Below are positions 31,766 through 41,376 of a stretch of DNA of 63,032 nt, piece after piece. Position 1 is the stretch's first letter, and every line of letters starts with the position of its first letter. A program made the position numbers and the translations under genes. This stretch comes from an uncultured Lachnospiraceae bacterium (lineage in GTDB: Bacteria; Bacillota; Clostridia; Lachnospirales; Lachnospiraceae): positions 1 to 63,032 of the forward strand of contig CAYRAV010000013.1 in NCBI GenBank assembly GCA_964422365.1. Reading direction: 5' to 3'. The notes beneath the pieces were generated by a model. It was not told where the DNA came from, did no database searches, and worked only from the letters and a program-made list of their open reading frames with translations.

Positions 31766-34120
31766 TATCTCAATATATTAAAAAAAGACCTAAAACGCAA
31801 GAAGACTATGAATGTCATATTATTGTTGTTTATTGTGCTTGCGGTAACCTTTATCGCAGGAGGTGTCAGCAATTTAACTTCCATTGCAACAGCAATAGAG
31901 AAATATGTTGAAGTGTCAGAACTTGCAGATTATGAAGTGTTTTTAGCAACAAAAGAAAATGCGGATAAAATGGAGCAGTTTATCACAGAGCATAATAATG
32001 TTACAGCTTCAAAGTTAAGCAAACAACTGATGTTTTCCAGACAAGAAGTGGAATTGAATAATATGGAAATTTCTTATGCTAATACTATTTTAGCAGTAAG
32101 TGTAGAAGAAGCTACAATTCAATTTTTTGATAAGAATAATCAAAAAATTGAATCCATACCAAAAGGAGAAGTTTATCTTTCGCCAATTTTCATGAGGGAA
32201 ATAGAAGGAAAAATAGGAGATAAAATTACGATACATAGTGGAGAATTTTCCATGGACTTTACCATCACAGGTGTTTCAAAGGACATTGCATGCGGTTCGG
32301 CAATGATTGGAATGACACGATTACTAGTAAATCAGGAAGATTTTCAGAAACTAATTGATAGTGAAGAAATGCCATATGTATACGAATATGGACTAATAGT
32401 AAATGATATAGAACAGTTTCAGAAAGATATAGATCAGGCATGTATTTCTACTTTGTTTAACTTTGATCAGAGTATGGCAAAAATGATGTATATAATGGAT
32501 ATGGTTATAGCAGCAGTGCTTATGCTGGTCAGTTTATGTCTTATCGTGATTTCCATACTTGTTTTAAAATTTACCATTAAATTTACCATTGATGAAGAAT
32601 TCAGAGAAATTGGTGTTATGAAGGCAATTGGAATAGGAACAAGTAATATTAGGAAAATTTATCTGATAAAATATTTGATAATTTCAGTTACAGGAAGCAC
32701 CATTGGTTTTTGGCTTAGCGTTCCGTTAAAAAAAATATTGCTGCAGCAAACAATGGAAAATATCGTAATGCAAACCAATGGTAGTTTAATATTAGAGTTA
32801 GTATGCAGTATTGCAGTGGCAGTTTTGATTGTATTAGAAAGCTGGAGAGCAACAGGAAAGATAAAAAGAATGAAACCAATTGAAGCAATCCGAAATGGTG
32901 CCACAGGTGAGAGATTTAAGAGAAAGGGACTATTTTCGTTAAGAAGGTTAAAGGTAAGACCAATTGTTTTTATGGCTGTTAATGATATTTCAAGTAAGTG
33001 GAAGCAGTTTTTGATTCTATTTTTTACATTTGTTGTGGGGATTCTATTAGTAATTATGCCAATCAATACCATCAATACATTACAGTCTGATGAATTGATT
33101 ACATGGTTTAGTATGACAAAAAGTGATGTCTGTATGACAAAGGAGCAGCTCTTTAATGGCGGGACAACTAAAAATGATATTACCAGACAGTTAGATGAAA
33201 TCAAAGATACATTACAAAAAAATAATATGGAGGCAGATGTTCATCAGGAAATCATGTTTCGTTTTACTGCTTCTTATAAGAAAAATATCTGTGCTTCCAT
33301 AGCATTTCAGGGATTAGGGGATATTAGTACTATTGATTATGTATATATGGATGGAAACGCACCGCAACAGAAAAATGAAGTGGCAGTTACACATATTATA
33401 GCCAAAAAGTTAGATGCAAATATTGGAGATACAATAAAAATTTATAATGGAAAGGAAGAAAGAGAATATATTATTACTGCAATTTATCAAAGTATGAACA
33501 ATTTAGGAGAGGGAATCCGCTTTTCTGAAAAAGAAGAACTTATTTATGAAATGGCAGTTGGAACATTTGCATTACAGATTGACTTTACAGAGCATATAGA
33601 GAAATCAGATTTGATAGAAAGAATAAAGCAAGTAGAAAGATTATTTCCAGAGTATAAGGTACAAACTGCAGGTAAATATCTAGATGAAATGATGGGCGGA
33701 ATTTCAAATCAGATTGAAGGTGTCAAGCAATTGATTCTTTTTATTGTAATTGTTGTTAATATTTTAGTTGTGGTTTTGACGGAGAAAACATTACTTACAA
33801 AGGAAAAAGGAGAAATTGGGTTGTTAAAAGCAGTTGGTTTTGGAAATTTTTCATTAATTGGATGGCAGGTGCTGCGAATTGGTTTTATCCTTTTGGGGGC
33901 TGTTATAGCAGGCACATTGTTGTCAACATCATTTTCAAAGGTAACTGTTGGATATGTATTTCAAATGATGGGGAGCGCCAGCATTACATTTAAGGTTCAT
34001 TTGCTGGAAGTATATGTATGTTATCCATTGTTTGTATTTATAGTAACCGTGATTGCAAGTTTGTTAGAAGCGTTGTCAATAAAAAAGATCTCGGCGTTAG
34101 AAACAAGTAATATTGAATAA
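31766..34120 (+). CDS. FtsX-family ABC permease with large extracytoplasmic domain (BceB/MacB-like)
   Basis: About 785 aa, roughly 10 TM helices with two FtsX modules. Followed by a MacB-type ATPase. Confidence 0.8.
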   Translation, partial: YLNILKKDLKRKKTMNVILLLFIVLAVTFIAGGVSNLTSIATAIEKYVEVSELADYEVFLATKENADKMEQFITEHNNVTASKLSKQLMFSRQEVELNNMEISYANTILAVSVEEATIQFFDKNNQKIESIPKGEVYLSPIFMREIEGKIGDKITIHSGEFSMDFTITGVSKDIACGSAMIGMTRLLVNQEDFQKLIDSEEMPYVYEYGLIVNDIEQFQKDIDQACISTLFNFDQSMAKMMYIMDMVIAAVLMLVSLCLIVISILVLKFTIKFTIDEEFREIGVMKAIGIGTSNIRKIYLIKYLIISVTGSTIGFWLSVPLKKILLQQTMENIVMQTNGSLILELVCSIAVAVLIVLESWRATGKIKRMKPIEAIRNGATGERFKRKGLFSLRRLKVRPIVFMAVNDISSKWKQFLILFFTFVVGILLVIMPINTINTLQSDELITWFSMTKSDVCMTKEQLFNGGTTKNDITRQLDEIKDTLQKNNMEADVHQEIMFRFTASYKKNICASIAFQGLGDISTIDYVYMDGNAPQQKNEVAVTHIIAKKLDANIGDTIKIYNGKEEREYIITAIYQSMNNLGEGIRFSEKEELIYEMAVGTFALQIDFTEHIEKSDLIERIKQVERLFPEYKVQTAGKYLDEMMGGISNQIEGVKQLILFIVIVVNILVVVLTEKTLLTKEKGEIGLLKAVGFGNFSLIGWQVLRIGFILLGAVIAGTLLSTSFSKVTVGYVFQMMGSASITFKVHLLEVYVCYPLFVFIVTVIASLLEALSIKKISALETSNIE

Positions 34121-34241
34121 AGGCAGATGAGTGTGTGAAAAGCATGTTAAGAAGTAGTTAAGCTAAAACCCCTGCATCGAGTATAGGGATTCAAACCATG
34201 TGAGGCTGACCGATAAAAAAGCAAAATTGGAGGAATAAAAA

Positions 34242-35006
34242 ATGGCAGAAGTATTAAAAATAGAAAATTTGTGTAAAACATATATTGTCAACAAACGTCA
34301 GAATAATGTATTAAAAAATGTAAATTTTACAGTAAATGAAGGAGATATGATTGCAATTATGGGGCCATCTGGTTCTGGAAAGTCTACATTATTATATTCT
34401 GTTTCAGGTATGGATACCATTACAACAGGAAAAGTTTCCTTTTTTGGAAAAAGTATAGAAAATATGTCAGAAAAAGAGCTTGCTATACTTCGGTTAGATG
34501 ATATGGGGTTTATTTTTCAGCAAATGTATATGATGAAAAATCTTACCATTCTTGATAATATTATTCTTCCGGCCTGCCAGTCAAAGAAACATAAAGAGAG
34601 CAGGAAAGAAACAGAAAAAAGAGGCTTAGAGCTGATGCATAAACTTGAAATTGAAACAATTGCGGATAATGACATTACAGAAGTTTCAGGAGGTCAGTTG
34701 CAGCGTGCTTGTATCTGCCGCAGTATGATTAACAAACCCAAAATTATTTTTGCAGATGAGCCAACAGGGGCACTCAATCATGTTGCATCAGAAGAAGTGA
34801 TGGAGGAACTTTGCAAAATTAACAAAGAAGGGACAACTATTATACTTGTTACCCATGATGTGAAGGTAGCAGCAAAATGCAAAAAAGTGTTATATATTGT
34901 TGATGGAAATATTAAAGGAGAGTATAATTTAGAAGAAAGTGCTGATAAGGATATTAAGAAAAAAGAACGTGAATTAAATAATTGGCTTGTAGATATGGGC
35001 TGGTAA
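34242..35006 (+). CDS. ABC transporter ATP-binding protein (MacB/BceA type)
   Basis: Walker A GPSGSGKST, signature SGGQLQR, Walker B IIFADEPTGALN. Confidence 0.9.
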   Translation: MAEVLKIENLCKTYIVNKRQNNVLKNVNFTVNEGDMIAIMGPSGSGKSTLLYSVSGMDTITTGKVSFFGKSIENMSEKELAILRLDDMGFIFQQMYMMKNLTILDNIILPACQSKKHKESRKETEKRGLELMHKLEIETIADNDITEVSGGQLQRACICRSMINKPKIIFADEPTGALNHVASEEVMEELCKINKEGTTIILVTHDVKVAAKCKKVLYIVDGNIKGEYNLEESADKDIKKKERELNNWLVDMGW

Positions 35007-35081
35007 AATGGTTTTTGATTTTCCATATAAAAGATGGCAAATGAGGTTTAATAATATGACAGACGGCAGGCAGGTGGTAAA

Positions 35082-35744
35082 ATGACAGATATTTTAATTG
35101 TGGAAGATAATAGAGAATTAGGAGAACTCCTTCATGATTTTCTTTGTGCAAAAGGTTATCAGACAGCCATTGCAAAAAGTGGTGAGGAAGCAGTCCGGCA
35201 GACGGCCAGGGAACAAATAAAATTAGTGATTTTAGACATTATGCTTCCAGGAATAGATGGTTTTGCTGTGTGCAAAAAACTGCGGGAACAAGGGAACTTT
35301 CCAATTATCATTGTAAGTGCAAAAACAGAAAAAGATGATAAACTAAACGGGCTGTTACTTGGGGCGGATGATTATATAGAAAAACCGTATGACATTGATC
35401 TTTTAATGGCAAAGATAGATGGTATATTCAAACGAAGATATCATACAAATTTCATTGTAACAGGAAAACTAAAAATAGACAAAGTAAAACGTCTGGTATA
35501 CAAACAGGATGTGCTGCTGGAACTTCGTGCAAAAGAATTTGATTTATTACTTTTATTAGTGGAGAACCAGGGAAAAGTACTACAAAAAGATGAAATTTTT
35601 AATACTATTTGGGGGTTTGACAGTGAGTCAGAACCCCAGACGGTAACAGTGCATATGAAATGGCTGCGGGAAAAAATTGAAGAAGACCCAAAACATCCAA
35701 AGCACATCCTTACAGTATGGGGAATTGGGTATCGGTTTGAGTAA
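35082..35744 (+). CDS. OmpR-family response regulator
   Basis: Receiver domain plus a winged-helix output domain. Confidence 0.9.
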   Translation: MTDILIVEDNRELGELLHDFLCAKGYQTAIAKSGEEAVRQTAREQIKLVILDIMLPGIDGFAVCKKLREQGNFPIIIVSAKTEKDDKLNGLLLGADDYIEKPYDIDLLMAKIDGIFKRRYHTNFIVTGKLKIDKVKRLVYKQDVLLELRAKEFDLLLLLVENQGKVLQKDEIFNTIWGFDSESEPQTVTVHMKWLREKIEEDPKHPKHILTVWGIGYRFE

Positions 35745-35791
35745 GTTGTTTTTGTTTAATGGCACTAAAAATTATATAAAGAGGATAATAA

Positions 35792-35995
35792 ATGAATATT
35801 GAAATTGAAAAAAGATTTGTGAAAGATTATATTATAAAAAGTAGAAGAGATAGAATTTATTATGAATTGTCCAATAAGAAGAAAAGGAAAAAGGCAATAG
35901 CAGGATTTTGTCATAATGCAGTTGATTATTTAGAGGAATGTAAGATAAAATCTCAAGGGACAAATATTAAACAAGATACACTTTGGTATCAGTGA
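35792..35995 (+). CDS. Small basic hypothetical protein (67 aa) between the response regulator and kinase genes
   Basis: RBS AAGAGGA. Conserved operon position. Confidence 0.35.
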   Translation: MNIEIEKRFVKDYIIKSRRDRIYYELSNKKKRKKAIAGFCHNAVDYLEECKIKSQGTNIKQDTLWYQ

Positions 35996-36008
35996 AAAGA
36001 GAGATGGT

Positions 36009-37334
36009 ATGAAATCTTTTAATAGAATTTTTATGGTTATATTTATAGGTATGGTGTTTTTTATATTAGGAATGAATTATTTGTTAATGCATTTATCTAA
36101 TGGTGATAGGGGAATCAGGGAATATAGAGTGGAAATTAACAGATTATGTGGTGATATTGCAGAACATGGATGGGAAAATATTGATCTTTCAAAATGTCGT
36201 TATGTCACAGCTGTAATAAAAGATATGTCAAAAACAGATATAAGTGAGGAAAAAGATATAAAAAAAAGGACAGTAGAGGGAAATGGCATAGAAAAAGAGA
36301 GGATAAGGGAACAGGATTTTATTGCAGCAGGAGATAGTGATTACCTTCTAAAGGAAATTGAGGGCACATATTATCGTTTTGAATATGAAATGGATACTGA
36401 AAAAGTTAATCAGGCAGTGTTCATTATAGTGAATTTTGTATTTGCGATGCTTCTTCTTTTCGTAATTGTGTTTATGTTATTTATAAAATTCAAAATAGTA
36501 AATCCATTTTTAAAATTACGAGAAGTTCCTTTTGAATTATCCAAAGGAAATCTTACCATGCCTGTTAAGGAAAATAAAAACCGTTTTTTTGGCCGTTTTG
36601 TGTGGGGAATGAATTTGCTTCGGGAAAACTTAGAACAGCAGAAACAGAGAGAACTGGCACTTCAAAAAGAGAAAAAGACAATGATTTTATCAATCTCCCA
36701 TGATATCAAAACACCTCTTTCAGCTATTAAACTTTATGCAAAGGCATTGTTAAAAGGGTTGTATCAGGACAAAGAAAAACAGTTACAAATTGCAGAAAGT
36801 ATCAATCAAAAGGCTGATGAGATAGAACGGTATGTTAGCGATATTATCAAAGCAGAAAGGGAAAACTTTTTGGAGCTGCCAGTGGATAATAGAGAATTTT
36901 ATTTGTCACAGGTTTTGAAACCAGTGAAAGAATTTTATGACGATAAGCTGGCATATTTAAATACAGATTTTTACATGGCAGATTATACAGATTGTTTTAT
37001 TAATGGGGATGTAGAACGCAGTATAGAAGTGTTACAGAATGTTATGGAAAATGCAATTAAGTATGGGGATGGCAATCATATTTGTATTGAAAATGAACAG
37101 GAGGAGGATTGTGTATTAATTACAATAAAAAATAGCGGCTGCACTTTAAATGAAACAGAAGAGCCACATATTTTTGATGCTTTCTGGAGAGGACAGAATG
37201 CGGAAAGGGCAGCAGGAAATGGATTGGGACTCTATATTTGCAAAGAACTTATGCATAAAATGGATGGGGAGATATTTTCAAAAATTGAGGGTGAAAATAT
37301 ATGTGTGACAGTGGTATTTCGAATGGTTTCATAA
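36009..37334 (+). CDS. Sensor histidine kinase
   Basis: Two TM helices. H-box ISHDIKTPLSAI. HATPase_c domain. Confidence 0.85.
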   Translation: MKSFNRIFMVIFIGMVFFILGMNYLLMHLSNGDRGIREYRVEINRLCGDIAEHGWENIDLSKCRYVTAVIKDMSKTDISEEKDIKKRTVEGNGIEKERIREQDFIAAGDSDYLLKEIEGTYYRFEYEMDTEKVNQAVFIIVNFVFAMLLLFVIVFMLFIKFKIVNPFLKLREVPFELSKGNLTMPVKENKNRFFGRFVWGMNLLRENLEQQKQRELALQKEKKTMILSISHDIKTPLSAIKLYAKALLKGLYQDKEKQLQIAESINQKADEIERYVSDIIKAERENFLELPVDNREFYLSQVLKPVKEFYDDKLAYLNTDFYMADYTDCFINGDVERSIEVLQNVMENAIKYGDGNHICIENEQEEDCVLITIKNSGCTLNETEEPHIFDAFWRGQNAERAAGNGLGLYICKELMHKMDGEIFSKIEGENICVTVVFRMVS

Positions 37335-38123
37335 TTGCTGTTTTTTATAAATAGAATAATATAATGAAAAACGTTTATCCGTCTGCTGAGGAAAATTTTT
37401 ACGATAATTTGTGACAATCTCTTTGTCAATATCACCAATAATCAGCTTTTCGATGCTGGTTTCTTTTGTAATCAGGGTTCCATAGGGATCATAAATACCA
37501 CTGCCTCCATTATAAATCAGACCGTTGCCCTCTCCAACACGATTTACGCCAACAACATAGCATTGATTTTCAATGGCTCTTGCTTTTAATAATGTCTGAA
37601 AATGTTCCATTCTTGGCTGCGGCCAGTTGGCAATGACAATGAGTAATTCACTTTTGGCAGAACATATCTGAAATAATTCCGGAAATCTTAAGTCATAACA
37701 AATAAAGGTACTAATATGATAATCTTTCAGGGTACATTGCCCTAATGTATCGCCGCCCTGATAATAGATGCTTTCTTCGCCAAAAGAAAAAGGGTGGATT
37801 TTAGCATAATGAATAAGAATTCTGCCATGATCTACTAAAACCAGCCGGTTGAAAGTTTTTGTATATTGGTTTTGAACATAACCAAAAACAATGGACATCT
37901 GGTATTTTACAGAATTTTCTTTAAAAAAGTCAATAGTATCAGAATGTTCCAATAGTTCACCTATTTTATCTGTATTCATAGAAAATCCAGTTAATGTCAT
38001 CTCAGGAAATATTAATAGGTCTACATTATGATTTCTAGCTTCTCTTAGCATTTGTTCGCATTTTTTCTGATTTTGTTTCTTTTCTTCCCAAATAATATCC
38101 AATTGTCCTAATCCAATTCTCAT
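37329..38123 (-). CDS. Carbon-nitrogen hydrolase family protein
   Basis: Nitrilase-superfamily E-K-C context (FPEMTLTGF...ICYDLRFPE). Confidence 0.8.
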   Translation of the reverse strand: MRIGLGQLDIIWEEKKQNQKKCEQMLREARNHNVDLLIFPEMTLTGFSMNTDKIGELLEHSDTIDFFKENSVKYQMSIVFGYVQNQYTKTFNRLVLVDHGRILIHYAKIHPFSFGEESIYYQGGDTLGQCTLKDYHISTFICYDLRFPELFQICSAKSELLIVIANWPQPRMEHFQTLLKARAIENQCYVVGVNRVGEGNGLIYNGGSGIYDPYGTLITKETSIEKLIIGDIDKEIVTNYRKNFPQQTDKRFSLYYSIYKKQQL

Positions 38124-38290
38124 ACAAAATCCTCCTTGTATTATAATAGAATTATTTTGAATTGTTTACATTTATAAGGCAAATACCTGACAATAGAGAG
38201 CTTGTTTTATTGCATGATTCAGAATAATTGTTAAATTATAACAAAAAATAAAACTTCTTCCAATTCCTTTATTTCCAAACACACAGATGG

Positions 38291-38316
38291 GGCAATGAAT
38301 TTCCAAACACACTCTA
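38291..38316 (-). repeat. Solo MITE terminal repeat
   Basis: ggcaatgaatttccaaacacactcta. Confidence 0.45.
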
Positions 38317-38555
38317 GTTCAGGATAGTTACAATTTTACGATAAAAACTCATAAATGGGAAGTATAAAATGACAAATTGTATAATTACACTTGTGTGCAG
38401 GCTGTGTTTTGTGGTATAATTGGTAATAGAAATATATCATTTCTTACCAGATACAGTTCCTAGTATAACGTTTTTGAAATAGTTGGACTGTATAGATACT
38501 GTATTTTCAAGCGTTTTCCGCAAAATAGAGTCCAGTTAATTAGTGAACGTTGTAC

Positions 38556-38906
38556 TAAAGCATGTTTGAAAATTAAAAATTGTACAAAAAATACCAAAAA
38601 TGTCTGTGATAATAGAGTGAGAATCATAGGAAATTCCCCATTATTGTATGAATGTAGGTTTGATTTTCACATAATTTATGCAATTTTTTGGCATATTGAT
38701 TGTTACAAGATGTATGTCACAATTTGTGGGGGATTTGTTCCAAATTCATGAGGTGTAGCAGGCTGCATTGAAGCAATTTGGAGCAAATATTCATCTTTAT
38801 CGGACGAAGTCCAGAGCATCCTGAATGGGCATGAATTGTGATATGCCTGGATAGGTACGCAAAGTGAGATATGCAGATTGGGCAATGAATGATCAAACAT
38901 GCTATT
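38556..38906 (-). mobile_element. MITE copy in reverse orientation carrying a roughly 120-bp internal insertion
   Basis: Reverse-complement consensus (ttgttacaagatgtatgtcacaatttgtggggga...ccaaattcatgagg...gcaatgaatgatcaaacatgc). Confidence 0.65.
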
Positions 38907-38968
38907 TTATAATTGTAAAAAAATTTTCCGTAGGTTTAAAAATAGAAGATGGAAAGGTCGCTGATACT

Positions 38969-39466
38969 ATGGAGGATAGAAAAAAAGTAGATAGCATTAA
39001 TGGTAATAAAAAAGGAAATGACAAGAAATTAATGCTCCTTAAAGACAAGCCGATAATTTGTGAAAAGTGTCATGACAAATTATATTTTATTGGTGGTGGA
39101 AGGTATAAGTGCAATTCTTGTGGTTATGAAGTATTAGATGATTTTGGCAAAGTGAAAGAGTTTCTGGAAGAAAACGGACCATCACCAAGTATAATAATAT
39201 CAGAAAAGACAGGGGTTAGAAGAGATGTGATAGAGTTATTTTTAGAGAAAGGAAGACTAGAAATACCTGAGGGTTCTGATTATTATATAAAATGTGCAAA
39301 ATGTGGATGTAGTATCCGGTATGGCAGATTTTGTCCGGATTGTACACAGAAACTTGCAGGTGGAATTAAAGTATTTTTTAATGAGGATATGGGAGAAAAA
39401 CCAAAGAGTGAAAAAAAATTAAATATGTCAGGAAAAATGTATTTTTTGGAACGAAATGATAAATAA
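38969..39466 (+). CDS. Zinc-ribbon protein (two CxxC...CxxC pairs), YvyF-like
   Basis: CEKCHDK...CNSCGYE and CAKCGC...CPDCTQK. Start is uncertain, either 38948 or 38969. Confidence 0.55.
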   Translation: MEDRKKVDSINGNKKGNDKKLMLLKDKPIICEKCHDKLYFIGGGRYKCNSCGYEVLDDFGKVKEFLEENGPSPSIIISEKTGVRRDVIELFLEKGRLEIPEGSDYYIKCAKCGCSIRYGRFCPDCTQKLAGGIKVFFNEDMGEKPKSEKKLNMSGKMYFLERNDK

Positions 39467-39486
39467 GAAATAAGTTGCAATAGAAT

Positions 39487-41130
39487 TTGAGAGGAAAAGG
39501 AGGAAAATATTTGACTACAAGCTTATTACTATTTTCAAGTATTATTATTGCCTGTATTGTCTGTAATAAAATTTTCAGCAAGCTGGGTATACCAATGTTA
39601 TTGGCATTTATATTATTAGGAATGTTTTTTGGTTCGGATGGGGTGGTAAAGATTGCCTTTGATGATTACAGTGCAGCAGAACAGATTAGTTCTGTTGCAT
39701 TGATTTTTATTATGTTTTATGGAGGCTTTGGAACCAAATGGAAATCGGCAAAAAAGGTTGCAGCGAAATCTATTTTATTATCTACAGCCGGGGTTGTGTT
39801 AACAGCAGGGCTTACAGGTCTGTTTTGTCATTATGTCTTACACATCACATTGTTGGAAAGTTTTCTGATTGGTGCAGTCATTAGTTCTACTGATGCTGCT
39901 TCTGTGTTTTCTATATTACGTTCAAAACACCTTAATTTAAAATATAATACGGCACCTATGCTGGAAGTGGAGAGTGGTAGTAATGATCCATGTGCCTATA
40001 TGCTGACCGTAATTATCCTTACAATTATGGGAGGAAATATTAGTGGTGTAGAAATTGTAAAGACGATTTTTTCACAAGTCTTTTTTGGAGTTCTTTTGGG
40101 AATAGGAATTGCCCTTGTTACAATAGAAATTTTGAAAAAATTCCGGTTTACTGGTGCCGGTTTTGATGATGTATTTGTGTTGGCAGTGGCTGTTCTATCT
40201 TATGCACTTCCAATGGCAATAGGAGGAAATGGATATTTAAGTACTTACATTTGCGGAGTTATTTTAGGAAATAGTAAAATTAAAAAGAAAATTTCTCTTG
40301 TACATTTTTTTGATGGGATAACAGGATTAATGCAGATGTTGTTGTTTTTTTTGCTGGGGCTGCTTTCATTCCCATCACAGTTTCCAAAAGTGGTATTGCC
40401 TGCACTGCTCATATCAATATTTTTAACATTTATAGCAAGACCGGCAGCAGTATTTTTAATTTTATCTCCATTTCGCAGTAAACTAAATCAACAAATTTTA
40501 GTGTCATGGTCAGGACTTAGAGGTGCAGCATCAATAGTGTTTGCTACAATGGCAATGATTAGTCCAATCAATGTGGAGATAGATATTTTTAATATTACAT
40601 TTATGATTGTGTTATTTTCTATTTTATTGCAAGGTTCACTGATACCTCTTGCAGCCAAAAAATTAGATATGATAGACAATGATGCAGATGTTATGAAAAC
40701 ATTTACGGATTATGTGGATGAAGTGCCGGTGCGTTTTATTCAGTTTAGGATAGTTGAGGAGCATCCTTGGAGTGAACAAGCAGTAAAAGATATTTTGCTG
40801 CCGCCAGATACAATACTTGTATTATTGCTACGAATGAAAGAGAAAATTGTACCAAATGGAAACACTGTACTTTTACCAGGAGATATTCTGATTTTAAGTG
40901 CAAAGGCACCAGGGAAAATAGAGGGGGTAAGCCTTACTGAAAAACAGATTGAAAAAGGAGATGGATGGGAGGGAAAGACCATTTCAAGGCTTCCAAAAGA
41001 AGAAACAGCAGATATGTTAATTATTATGATTAAGAGAGATGACAAAACGATTATACCAAATGGAGATACGATATTACGGGAAAATGATGTACTGGTAATT
41101 AATTATATAGGGGAAACAGAGGATGAATAA
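39487..41130 (+). CDS. K+/H+ (cation:proton) antiporter, NhaP2/CPA1 type, with C-terminal RCK/TrkA-C domains
   Basis: 12-13 TM core followed by two TrkA_C-like beta-rich domains. The true start may be the TTG at 39511, which follows AAGGAGG. Confidence 0.8.
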   Translation: MRGKGGKYLTTSLLLFSSIIIACIVCNKIFSKLGIPMLLAFILLGMFFGSDGVVKIAFDDYSAAEQISSVALIFIMFYGGFGTKWKSAKKVAAKSILLSTAGVVLTAGLTGLFCHYVLHITLLESFLIGAVISSTDAASVFSILRSKHLNLKYNTAPMLEVESGSNDPCAYMLTVIILTIMGGNISGVEIVKTIFSQVFFGVLLGIGIALVTIEILKKFRFTGAGFDDVFVLAVAVLSYALPMAIGGNGYLSTYICGVILGNSKIKKKISLVHFFDGITGLMQMLLFFLLGLLSFPSQFPKVVLPALLISIFLTFIARPAAVFLILSPFRSKLNQQILVSWSGLRGAASIVFATMAMISPINVEIDIFNITFMIVLFSILLQGSLIPLAAKKLDMIDNDADVMKTFTDYVDEVPVRFIQFRIVEEHPWSEQAVKDILLPPDTILVLLLRMKEKIVPNGNTVLLPGDILILSAKAPGKIEGVSLTEKQIEKGDGWEGKTISRLPKEETADMLIIMIKRDDKTIIPNGDTILRENDVLVINYIGETEDE

Positions 41131-41376
41131 TGTTCTATAAAATATTGTAACTATTCAGGAGATGATATTCACAAAGTGACAGAATATCCATGTTTACTAA
41201 AATATTATAGCTGTCATTTTGTTCATGATGCTGTTACCGGCTATGAAGCCATATGTGCAAATTATACTTTATGAGTCGGCTCCCATGTACCATTTGCACG
41301 TATGACTTTACACTTTCTAAACAATTACAAAATATTGAAAAATACAGAATAATAGATAACACGAAAAGGAGAATGT

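Noticed and set aside
32659-33204. 181-aa minus-strand ORF
   Set aside because: Antisense to the FtsX permease gene. No RBS.
38566-38900. Two small ORFs (38566..38751+, 38703..38900-)
   Set aside because: Both lie entirely within the composite MITE, and the same artefactual frames appear in other copies.
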